Source: a virus. Taken from it: 27,501 nt of DNA. Below, in pieces: positions 9,565-16,622 of the stretch (position 1 is its first letter; each line of letters begins with the position of its first letter). Location: positions 1-27,501 of IMG/VR virus record IMGVR_UViG_3300031867_000457; one strand, written 5' to 3'. Under the pieces are notes generated by a model, which saw only the letters and a list, made by a program, of their open reading frames with translations, was not told the DNA's origin and ran no database searches. A program made the position numbers and the translations under genes.

Positions 9565-9905
9565 TTGTCTATAAATTTAGAATAAATTGTTTGGATTATT
9601 TTTGTTATAATATCTTCTACCAATAATATAGTATTTTTAATCAAACCACTAAAAGTTGCTAATAAGCACACAACCACTATATATTTTAGAGTGAAAGCAC
9701 CTGTAAAGAACAGATAGATTAAGCCACACCACCAAATGGTACACAGACTACAATCAAATGGTTTAAGCCTATAATCACAACCTGACATCCTACCCTTGGT
9801 TAATAACCACTTTAAACTGCTTTTCAACGTATCAATTGCCCCTGATATGTCAATCACAAAAACACATATCAAAGCAATCATCAATAGGTTTATTATTGTT
9901 TCCAT
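9561..9905 (-). CDS. small polytopic membrane protein with Cys cluster (114 aa)
   Basis: Three hydrophobic segments (LLMIALICVFVIDISGAI; TIWWCGLIYLFFTGAF; IVVVCLLATFSGLI) and C-x9-C-x2-C (GCDYRLKPFDCSLC). Overlaps the 3' end of the sigma region-4-like ORF by 56 nt. Confidence 0.55.
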   Translation of the reverse strand: METIINLLMIALICVFVIDISGAIDTLKSSLKWLLTKGRMSGCDYRLKPFDCSLCTIWWCGLIYLFFTGAFTLKYIVVVCLLATFSGLIKNTILLVEDIITKIIQTIYSKFIDK

Positions 9906-10323
9906 ATTTTTCAGTATATATTTTTCTTATTTTCTTTCTTGCATTATAAACAAGCACCTTTAACGTTGCAACATTTTTAGGGGCTGTACCTTCAAATGAT
10001 TTTATACATTCGGAATAACTTTTTGAACATTCTACTGCGATTAAAAGGTTACGTTCAGCAGGGGTAATTTCATTGTTAATAATGTCCCATAACCTGATAA
10101 ATTCAACTGATTTGTTATAATCAAAATAAGCATCCATTTCAAAAACCTCATGATTATCATCCTTAAACAATCGTATTTCTTCCTTTTTATCAAGATAAAT
10201 ATTGTTCATTGTTTCAATATATTCCTGTACTTCGGCTTTAGCAACTTCATATTTTGTTTTCTTCATCGTAGGTTGCCCAAAAGATGTCATCTTTTGTTTG
10301 GAAGGTTTCGTTGTATTTTCCAT
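9850..10323 (-). CDS. sigma-70/ECF region-4-like protein (157 aa; may start at the internal Met at 10266)
   Basis: ITPAERNLLIAVECSKSYSECIKSFEGTAPKNVATLKVLVYNARKKIRKIY matches the region 4.2 pattern Lp..eR.v..l.....s..EIa..lg.s..tVk..l.rAr.kLr. No region-2-like part is present in this ORF. Confidence 0.5.
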   Translation of the reverse strand: MENTTKPSKQKMTSFGQPTMKKTKYEVAKAEVQEYIETMNNIYLDKKEEIRLFKDDNHEVFEMDAYFDYNKSVEFIRLWDIINNEITPAERNLLIAVECSKSYSECIKSFEGTAPKNVATLKVLVYNARKKIRKIYTEKYGNNNKPIDDCFDMCFCD

Positions 10324-10636
10324 ATTTTTTATAGATTTTACTTGTTTTACTAATCAATTGTTGGTGAATTATACCTGTAACATATCCACTAATTGCAAAT
10401 CTTCCTTGAGAATATAATTCATTCCATCTTTTCTGAGGAACTTCACAAATCATAAGGTATATTTCCTGAATCTTATCCTGTACTTCCTCATTTTCCATTG
10501 TTTTCTTAAGTAAATAGGTAGTGTACCATTCTACAATGTGAATATCATAAATCCATTGTATAATATCATCCTTCTTATCTGATTTAAGCGGTAAGTCAGC
10601 AGAAAGAACCTTAAATTCATAGTAGTTATTTTTCAT
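10247..10636 (-). CDS. sigma-70/ECF region-2-like protein (129 aa)
   Basis: EEVQDKIQEIYLMICE ... FAISGYVTGIIHQQLISKTSKIYKKY resembles region 2.2-2.4 (aeDlvQe.fl.l ... f..WL..Ia.N..id..Rk..r). The ORF stops before any region-4-like part and overlaps the next ORF by 77 nt in a different frame. Confidence 0.4.
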   Translation of the reverse strand: MKNNYYEFKVLSADLPLKSDKKDDIIQWIYDIHIVEWYTTYLLKKTMENEEVQDKIQEIYLMICEVPQKRWNELYSQGRFAISGYVTGIIHQQLISKTSKIYKKYGKYNETFQTKDDIFWATYDEENKI

Positions 10637-10767
10637 ATTCCTAATATTTTTTTATAAATTTCACTTCTATCATCTGTTACTTTATAAAGGTTGTATTTAG
10701 CACCATCTGCTGTTAGTTTAGCAATATTGGCTGTAATAGTATCTCTTAATTGCTTATCCCTAACCAT
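10633..10767 (-). CDS. small hypothetical protein (44 aa)
   Basis: Not in track. ATG at 10765-10767: MVRDKQLRDTITANIAKLTADGAKYNLYKVTDDRSEIYKKILGI. Its TGA overlaps the next gene's ATG as ATGA, suggesting translational coupling. Confidence 0.3.
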   Translation of the reverse strand: MVRDKQLRDTITANIAKLTADGAKYNLYKVTDDRSEIYKKILGI

Positions 10768-10840
10768 CTTTGTAATAGCTTTAGCCCATCCTTTGCTTCC
10801 CTTTTGATTGTTTACTAATATGCAATTTTCTTCATATATT

Positions 10841-11524
10841 CTATTTCTTAAATATTGTTATGTTTCCGTTTTTAATTTGTACTGCGTAACGGCTAATTGT
10901 GTTGATTAGCGTATCGCGTGGTATGAGAATGTTGCAGGCGTGTTCTTGATAATTCATTTGATGTGTAATTTTAAATCCGTTGTAATATTCGGAAGGCTTA
11001 TTCATCATCCTTAAATTGTTTGCTACAGCCTTTAATGATGTAGAAGATAAGTTCTTTTTCCTTAAATAATCGTATAAATCCTGCTTATAAACAAGTACGA
11101 TAGTAGCATCTGTAATGTTTGTGTAGTCGTGTAATTTACCATCAGTAGAGTTAATCCCATCAATCCAAACTTCTACAAGCCATTCAGAAGCGGAATGAAA
11201 ATCAAGTAACCAACCGTCATATAATTGTCCTGCTACATTGATACTATTTATTTCATGGGCAAATGTCTGTAAGTTTCGCCCTGCCCAATGTGTAGCAGCC
11301 TTTTCATCTATCGTAAATTTATATCCGTTTGGATGAGTTGCAGAAATATCTAATCCTGCAATCTGTAACGCCTTATCTGTGTTACGCGTTGTAGAAGTTG
11401 TAAAGGTAGGGTAAAAGTAAGCATCAAGATAATCGCCTACTATCCTTTCATCTTGTACATCTTTACTTCTTCTGTTTCTGTAGTCAGCCTGTGAATCGGC
11501 TGTTGGTAAATAGTTGTAATTCAT
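10841..11524 (-). CDS. hypothetical protein with PD-(D/E)xK-like nuclease motif (227 aa)
   Basis: Track ORF with ATG in ACTATG context. GLDISATHPNGYKFTIDEKAATHW gives a D-x12-D-E-K spacing typical of restriction-endonuclease-fold nucleases. Weak, motif-level only. Confidence 0.3.
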   Translation of the reverse strand: MNYNYLPTADSQADYRNRRSKDVQDERIVGDYLDAYFYPTFTTSTTRNTDKALQIAGLDISATHPNGYKFTIDEKAATHWAGRNLQTFAHEINSINVAGQLYDGWLLDFHSASEWLVEVWIDGINSTDGKLHDYTNITDATIVLVYKQDLYDYLRKKNLSSTSLKAVANNLRMMNKPSEYYNGFKITHQMNYQEHACNILIPRDTLINTISRYAVQIKNGNITIFKK

Positions 11525-11694
11525 AGTCTTGCAAATGATTTTTTAGGTTTGTTAAACATTTCCCCGTCATATATAAGGTTGTGCATAGTCAAAAATATGC
11601 AGGGAAATGTATTTATTATTCGTCTTACTGTTTATCTCTATCCATCCATCCGCGCGAATATGCCGCAAACAGTAAAAAGGCTAAGCATACGGTG

Positions 11695-13218
11695 TTAATT
11701 ATTGTTAAGGTTATCATTTTTATTATTATGGTAATTTTTCTTTGCTTGTTGAACCTGATACATCGTACAGCCTAAAACCTTCATGTTTTTCCTAATGGAT
11801 AGTTCAGGATTGTAACCTTCTATGATTGTTTTCTTTGTACGTGTTTTTGGTTTTTCAGGCGTTATATTATTTTCCTTGCAGAATTGGTATAAACGACTTA
11901 TTGATACTGTATAACCTGCATTCTGCATCGTAAGTTGGTTTTCTTTGATTGTAAGAGTAGAATCAAACATACACCCTATAGTTTCATTCGTGATTTCCTT
12001 TCTTGCTGCGGCTACGGCTTGATGCTTATCTTCTACTGTCGGATTGATGATAAAGTTTGGTTTTTTATCTGATACCATTGATTTGATTTCCTCTTCGCTT
12101 GTAAGGAATGCAGCCTTTACTTTTGCCTTTAAGACTTCTACCGTTAAAACTTCATCCATATTATCAAAGTGTTTGTATCTGTCTATGTAAAGGTTGTAAA
12201 GCAGTTCATCAGGTGTTGTATCATCCTTCATCAATCTTCTAATAGATGCACGAATGTATAATTTCTTTCTTCTTTGATTACCGTCTTCTACCTTATTTGC
12301 TATGTAGAAGAGTTGATAATAATCTTCGGTAGTTGTTATATAATATTTATCCCCAAAATCTACAGCAGTTTTTGTAAAGTATCTTAATCCTTTAGCGTGC
12401 CATTTCCTAACTACAAACTCATACGGTAAACTTTCCATATCAGTAACCAATTCCTCTGTAAACGCTATTTTATTCGTTTTAACAGGTTTCTCTTCTATAA
12501 CCTGATATTCCTCTTCTACATCAGGTATAATTGGTTCTACGTGAAAATCATCCTTACTGTAGATGATGTGTGAATTATAAGTATCATCCGAATTGCTACC
12601 GTTCATATACTGACTAAATGAACATCCACACATATCTTGCATTTCTTCTTTAGTATCGGCTACTATTGAATCATATAAGGCAAAGGTTGTTTCTCTAAAC
12701 TCATCAACCGATAATACGCTGTCAAATACATAGACTAATCTGAATCTTCTGCTTATAACACCGTTCTTATCTTTTCTGTCGCTGTAAGAGTAATAAGCGC
12801 ATGTAGGTTTATTTGATAAGCAAGAAATGTAATCTGTAATAGATTGGTAGTGTGTGTAATCAACATCTACAAAGATTGTCTGACTACCTGCGAAAAACTC
12901 ATCCGATTTAAAGTTTAATTTGAAATAGCCTTTATTTAAACCCCTTCTGTAGATTGGATAGGTTTTAGTCCACCTACCACCTGTTCTAATCCAATATTGT
13001 TTTTCTGTGTCAAAGTGGAATAAGTTGCAGAATGAATAACCGTTAATAGCATATTCAAGAAATTCATCTACTGTTACCGTTTCTTCTTTAAACGCCATCT
13101 TCGGATGTCCTATTTCTTTAGCCGTTATAGAAGATAAACACATTTTAGCAGTTTCTTTGTTATCGTAACCTTCCCTACTAATAGAAGTTCTAAATGTAAA
13201 TTCTAAATCCTGTTTCAT
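11695..13218 (-). CDS. putative replication initiation / primase-polymerase-like protein (507 aa from ATG)
   Basis: The track start at 13227 is TTG; the first ATG is at 13216-13218 (MKQDLEF) with TTTG-N6 upstream. TIFVDVDY (hhhDxD) followed by RFRLVYVF is reminiscent of AEP/VirE_N-type primase cores. C-terminal third is basic and HTH-like. Confidence 0.35.
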   Translation of the reverse strand: MKQDLEFTFRTSISREGYDNKETAKMCLSSITAKEIGHPKMAFKEETVTVDEFLEYAINGYSFCNLFHFDTEKQYWIRTGGRWTKTYPIYRRGLNKGYFKLNFKSDEFFAGSQTIFVDVDYTHYQSITDYISCLSNKPTCAYYSYSDRKDKNGVISRRFRLVYVFDSVLSVDEFRETTFALYDSIVADTKEEMQDMCGCSFSQYMNGSNSDDTYNSHIIYSKDDFHVEPIIPDVEEEYQVIEEKPVKTNKIAFTEELVTDMESLPYEFVVRKWHAKGLRYFTKTAVDFGDKYYITTTEDYYQLFYIANKVEDGNQRRKKLYIRASIRRLMKDDTTPDELLYNLYIDRYKHFDNMDEVLTVEVLKAKVKAAFLTSEEEIKSMVSDKKPNFIINPTVEDKHQAVAAARKEITNETIGCMFDSTLTIKENQLTMQNAGYTVSISRLYQFCKENNITPEKPKTRTKKTIIEGYNPELSIRKNMKVLGCTMYQVQQAKKNYHNNKNDNLNNN

Positions 13219-13239
13219 AGTTTGCAAATGATTTTAAGA

Positions 13240-13389
13240 TTAAATTATTACGTCTGTGGCATCATGTGTAGTTACCACGAACTCTATTTCTCCATTCTTG
13301 ACAGCCTTATTAAATGCTGCATGCCCCATTGCTTTCTTCGCCTGCTGTCTATCGGGGTATGTCTGTTTAGTAATTTTGTTTTGTATCAT
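13240..13389 (-). CDS. small early-region protein (49 aa)
   Basis: Not in track. MIQNKITKQTYPDRQQAKKAMGHAAFNKAVKNGEIEFVVTTHDATDVII. The ATG is preceded by TTTGACAACT (TTTG-N6-ATG). Confidence 0.35.
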   Translation of the reverse strand: MIQNKITKQTYPDRQQAKKAMGHAAFNKAVKNGEIEFVVTTHDATDVII

Positions 13390-13408
13390 AGTTGTCAAAA
13401 TTTAAATC

Positions 13409-13546
13409 TTATCCGAAAAATATGTAATCGTATAATCCTTTATCATGCGTGTACATATCATATAAGTCTGTATCAGTCATATTGGTTATTACTTTATAAC
13501 CTGTCTTTGTCACCGACTGATAGGTGATAGTTTTGATGTTTCCCAT
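13409..13546 (-). CDS. small early-region protein (45 aa)
   Basis: Not in track. MGNIKTITYQSVTKTGYKVITNMTDTDLYDMYTHDKGLYDYIFFG. The ATG is preceded by CATTTGCAAACT (TTTG-N6-ATG). Confidence 0.35.
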   Translation of the reverse strand: MGNIKTITYQSVTKTGYKVITNMTDTDLYDMYTHDKGLYDYIFFG

Positions 13547-13865
13547 AGTTTGCAAATGTTTCCTTTCTTTTTATATTTATCTAAAAATTTTTTGTGATTT
13601 TTTGCATTTTTGTAAAACATTGTAAATCAATGGGAAGTGGTTATCTTTGATTTTCTTCTAATTAAATATAATTTAGGTATCAGGAAAGTCAATAGATATT
13701 TTATCCTTTTCTATATATAAATACTTTTTAACTTTCAAAAAGTGATAGAAAAAGTGATTTTTTTTTAATTTTTTTTCTGATATACAAAGGTATCAGGAAA
13801 ACGGCATATAAAAAAGTTCTACACCATTTTCCTGAAATAATAGAATAAGCCTGATGTGATTCTTC

Positions 13866-13952
13866 TTATTTACCTTTGCATGGGCGTGTAATACTCAAAA
13901 TTGCTTTAAGTTTACCGTCTCTGTAATACTTGATGTTAGTTGTTTTCTTCAT
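13866..13952 (-). CDS. mini-ORF (28 aa)
   Basis: Not in track. MKKTTNIKYYRDGKLKAILSITRPCKGK. Lies 17 nt downstream of the 40-aa ORF on the same strand. Confidence 0.2.
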   Translation of the reverse strand: MKKTTNIKYYRDGKLKAILSITRPCKGK

Positions 13953-13969
13953 AATATAAACCCTTTCTT

Positions 13970-14092
13970 TTAATCGGCAGAAGAATCAGGTTTATGTTTT
14001 CGTTCGTGCCTGTAACTAAATCTTATCACCTTATAGGAAAAATACATTACAGCACCGAAGAATAAAACTGTTAAGATTTCGGTTATAGTCAT
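13970..14092 (-). CDS. small single-pass membrane peptide (40 aa)
   Basis: Not in track. MTITEILTVLFFGAVMYFSYKVIRFSYRHERKHKPDSSAD. ACTATG start context. A TAACTTTG -7 box lies 27 nt upstream. Confidence 0.35.
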   Translation of the reverse strand: MTITEILTVLFFGAVMYFSYKVIRFSYRHERKHKPDSSAD

Positions 14093-14118
14093 AGTTTCTT
14101 TATTTTAATTATCTAATA

Positions 14119-14126
14119 CAAAGTTA
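14119..14126 (-). promoter_or_regulatory. Bacteroidota-type -7 promoter box TAACTTTG
   Basis: Plus strand caaagtta gives TAACTTTG on the minus strand, matching TAnnTTTG. The -33 position has TTTT rather than TTTG. Confidence 0.35.
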
Positions 14127-14378
14127 GTGAAAAATATCCATATAAAAAAGGTAAATACGATTTTTCTTGACTTAATGATTAAACAGCACTTTAACCTGTT
14201 TCCTGATAGGTTGATGTACACTTATTCCTAAATATCAAATTAAACTTAATCTGATTGTAATAATATCAATATATCTTCCTTATGGTTAATACAAAGATAA
14301 GTAAAAGAATTGATATTTACAATAGGTTTAAGATATTTGTAATAGGTTATTAATTATTCTCTAATCTCTAATCCATAT

Positions 14379-14418
14379 TACATACATATATTCATAGAAG
14401 AAGAATTTTCAAACACTT
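14379..14418 (-). promoter_or_regulatory. copy c2 of the 40-bp bipartite motif
   Basis: Minus strand reads AAGTGTTTGA-AAATTCTTCTTCTATG-AATATATGTATGTA. No ORF follows directly. 37/40 identical to the reverse complement of c5. Confidence 0.5.
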
Positions 14419-14515
14419 CTTTAAATCAACCCTAACCCTGCCATAATAACCATCAATCCAAACATGAATCCAAATACTACTACACCTATCACAATAGATA
14501 CCTTAAATAGATACT

Positions 14516-14671
14516 TTAACATAGCCCTAAATCCTTTCTTACTTTAGCCATAGTTTGATGATAAGTCTGAAATAAATCCAAATCAAACCCCCACCTAATC
14601 TGTGTTGCTTCAAAATACTCTGTAGGATTCATTTTTAGATAATTCTTTCCCCATAATCTAAAACTTTTCAT
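14516..14671 (-). CDS. hypothetical small protein (51 aa from ATG; the track ORF uses an upstream TTG at 14740)
   Basis: MKSFRLWGKNYLKMNPTEYFEATQIRWGFDLDLFQTYHQTMAKVRKDLGLC. ACTATG context at 14669-14671. No family recognised and coding status uncertain. Confidence 0.25.
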   Translation of the reverse strand: MKSFRLWGKNYLKMNPTEYFEATQIRWGFDLDLFQTYHQTMAKVRKDLGLC

Positions 14672-14788
14672 AGTAGTAAGACGGTTAACCACCCACCGAA
14701 AGGTTTTAAGTTTAGCAATAAAATCCCGATAAAGAAGCAAACCATCCTTCTTTATTCTTTCACCTATAAGAATTATGTTGATGAAAAT

Positions 14789-14824
14789 GGGAAAAAAGTG
14801 GGGGAAAATAGGGGGTTTTGGGGG
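14789..14824 (+). repeat. G-tract cluster G3-N8-G5-N6-G5-N4-G5 (potential G-quadruplex on plus strand, C-tracts on minus strand)
   Basis: GGGaaaaaagtGGGGGaaaataGGGGGttttGGGGG. Further GGG runs at 14841-14843 and 14854-14856. Conspicuous in a very AT-rich non-coding stretch. Confidence 0.6.
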
Positions 14825-14974
14825 TAAAATGGCTGTTCAAGGGTAGTTTTGAAGGGAAATGAGTAAATTTGGTTGTAAAGTTGGTAATTAGGTTGTAGAA
14901 TTGGTATTAGGTTATTATAGGTATTATCTCTATATTTCTTTCTATTCTCTCTTATATTATTATTCAAGTAATTC

Positions 14975-15017
14975 TACATACATATATTATTAGAAAAATA
15001 AAATTATTCAAACACCT
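14975..15017 (-). promoter_or_regulatory. copy c3 of the bipartite motif (19-nt spacer variant)
   Basis: Minus strand reads AGGTGTTTGA-ATAATTTTATTTTTCTAAT-AATATATGTATGTA. Its sense direction points into the C-rich, non-coding-looking stretch 14773-14967. Confidence 0.45.
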
Positions 15018-15100
15018 ATAAAAAATATCAATAATTTTTGTACTTTTTTGAACTATCAAACTATTTATATATAAATAACAAAATCAAATAATTATAGGAT

Positions 15101-15352
15101 ATGAAAACAATTCAACTTTATTTCAATAATGATTCTACTGTATCTGTAAAAGAATGCCTTAGATTATCAAGATATGACATGATAACAGTAGCAGAAGAAA
15201 CAGGTGAACATTACTACATTGAAGGTAATAATGAAGGATTCCAAAAAGGTTATTCATTTGGGGTTATTTATACGCTGTTCTTTATGCTTGTAGGATGGTT
15301 TGGTATCAGGATATTAGACAGGCTGAGAAACCCCAAGCAAATGAATGATTAA
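15101..15352 (+). CDS. small C-terminally anchored membrane protein (83 aa); the only plus-strand gene
   Basis: Track ORF with ATG start. Hydrophobic helix VIYTLFFMLVGWFGIRIL near the C-terminus. Followed by a hairpin plus T-run. Confidence 0.55.
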   Translation: MKTIQLYFNNDSTVSVKECLRLSRYDMITVAEETGEHYYIEGNNEGFQKGYSFGVIYTLFFMLVGWFGIRILDRLRNPKQMND

Positions 15353-15375
15353 GTGCTTATAAACCAAACAAAAAA

Positions 15376-15401
15376 GGATTAGGTGTTAAGCCTAATCTTT
15401 T
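15376..15401 (+). terminator. rho-independent-type terminator of the 83-aa gene (A-tract upstream, so potentially bidirectional)
   Basis: aaaaaGGATTAGG-tgttaag-CCTAATCTttt: a 7-bp stem plus one G-U pair, a 7-nt loop and a T4 tail. An outer TAAGTGC/GCACTTA pairing (15350-15356 / 15403-15409) encloses it. Confidence 0.55.
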
Positions 15402-15425
15402 GGCACTTATCCACAAAAAGCCCCC
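15390..15425. repeat. left terminal inverted repeat of the IS
   Basis: gcctaatcttttggcacttatccacaaaaagccccc aligns with the reverse complement of 16737-16772, ggctaaacttttggcagttaaccatgaaaacacccc. 28/36 identical, core CTTTTGGCA.TTA.CCA. The outer limit is uncertain by about 12 nt. Confidence 0.6.
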
Positions 15426-15469
15426 TGCACACTACCAACGATAATGTGCACTATAGTTCATAAAGGGGC
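15415..15469 (-). terminator. terminator of the transposase gene
   Basis: Minus strand reads GCCCC-tttatgaactatag-TGCACA-ttatcgttggtag-TGTGCA-g-GGGGC-TTTTT. That is nested 5-bp GC and 6-bp stems followed by T5. Confidence 0.5.
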
Positions 15470-15485
15470 GACTGTCAATTAGCCC

Positions 15486-16598
15486 TTATTCAAAATCTGA
15501 TAATGTGTAAACTTTCCCTTTGTTTCTTATTTCGGATAAACCAAATATTTCCATTCCCTTCTTTAAGGCTTCCATGTGTGCCTTTTCTTTGGCTTGTTTT
15601 TCTTGCAGTTTCTTCTTGCTTATAAACATTGCCTGAAAGTTATAGTTCCTGATGTCGTTATAGGTGTAATGTATGCCTATAGAGTTACTGATTATTTGGT
15701 TAAACTTATCTTCTGTTGATAGGCTTTTTGTGTTGAATCTAAAAGCATATTCATTAAGATATAACTGATGATATTTGCAATGGGTTATCTTACCGTTAAA
15801 TCCACGCTTAAACCAACTAAACCTGTTTTCTATTGCATTACTTGTTAACCCTTCCTTTGTTCGGTATTGGTTGTTGTGGTGATTATTGGTATATAATTTA
15901 CTGCCTGTAGCCTGTTCCCAATCTATGTATAAAGCACTTTCATCAGATACAACAGAACTACCTTTCTTTGCGTGTTTTTTGTATAGTGTTCTGATATATT
16001 CTTTCTTAATCGGATTGGGTGTAGCATACAATACAACCTTATCCCCATTAGTCATGCCAAATACAGGCTGTTTAAGGGCTTTATTTAAGGCAAATATATT
16101 TTCCTTCGTATATTTATAATCATCTTGTTTAATGAAATGATTTTTACGTAATAAATCCAATTTGCGGCTATAATGGAAGTTAGACAAACAACCACCAACA
16201 TACATTTCATCTTGGGCTATAATACCTTCCAAAATAACCTTATCCTGTGGCATGGCAAACCGTAACTTAGTCATTAACAGCCATGCAGATTTTTGGTTAA
16301 TGCCAAGTTTTTTTGACATTACTACAGAAGATATAAAGTTATCTACACTCATTTCATAGATTGCCTGCATCCAAACCGATACAGGTAACTTAGAACCGTG
16401 CATTAAGGTGTTTGTTTTGTCTGTGAAACGCCTTTTGCAACTATTACACTTGTACCTGTAACCGTCATATTCTGCAATGTGAAGGCTACCACAATAAGGG
16501 CAAACAACAATACCATAACCCCACCTTACACGATGGAAAATTACCTCTGCATTCCTGATAACTTTTGCCGTTGATAATGTGTGTTTTTTCGCTGTCAT
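15486..16598 (-). CDS. IS1595-family (ISXO2-like) DDE transposase, 370 aa from the first ATG
   Basis: N-terminal zinc ribbon CPYCGS...YKCNSCKRRF, then an HTH. Catalytic signatures are AQDEMYVGG, VVSDESALY, SNAIENRFSWFKR and YLNEYAFRFN. The track start at 16625 is TTG and lies inside the -7 box; the ATG at 16596-16598 (MTAKKH) is the likely start. Confidence 0.9.
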   Translation of the reverse strand: MTAKKHTLSTAKVIRNAEVIFHRVRWGYGIVVCPYCGSLHIAEYDGYRYKCNSCKRRFTDKTNTLMHGSKLPVSVWMQAIYEMSVDNFISSVVMSKKLGINQKSAWLLMTKLRFAMPQDKVILEGIIAQDEMYVGGCLSNFHYSRKLDLLRKNHFIKQDDYKYTKENIFALNKALKQPVFGMTNGDKVVLYATPNPIKKEYIRTLYKKHAKKGSSVVSDESALYIDWEQATGSKLYTNNHHNNQYRTKEGLTSNAIENRFSWFKRGFNGKITHCKYHQLYLNEYAFRFNTKSLSTEDKFNQIISNSIGIHYTYNDIRNYNFQAMFISKKKLQEKQAKEKAHMEALKKGMEIFGLSEIRNKGKVYTLSDFE

Positions 16599-16622
16599 AA
16601 TGTCAATTTCTAAAAAACAATG

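Noticed and set aside
10247-10323. Programmed frameshift joining the two sigma-like ORFs at the A6 run (TAT AAA AAA TAT GGA)
   Set aside because: The downstream ORF is in the +1 (or -2) frame relative to the upstream one, not -1. The A-run is not a +1 shifty context and there is no downstream structure. Separate polypeptides or an assembly indel are more likely. This is flagged for checking in the sigma finding.
11581-11775. 64-aa plus-strand ORF spanning the primase-gene 3' end
   Set aside because: It overlaps the minus-strand gene end and the intergenic hairpin region. It has no start context or motif and a hydrophobic low-complexity translation.
13222-13527. 101-aa plus-strand ORF in the early region
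   Set aside because: It is antisense to two short minus-strand ORFs that each have the conserved TTTG-N6-ATG box. Its translation is Cys/Leu/Tyr-rich junk.
14773-14967. 64-aa minus-strand ORF across the G/C-tract region
   Set aside because: It starts with TTG and has no ATG. Its P/F/Y/N/Q low-complexity translation is dictated by the C-tracts. The region is treated as non-coding (see the G-tract finding).
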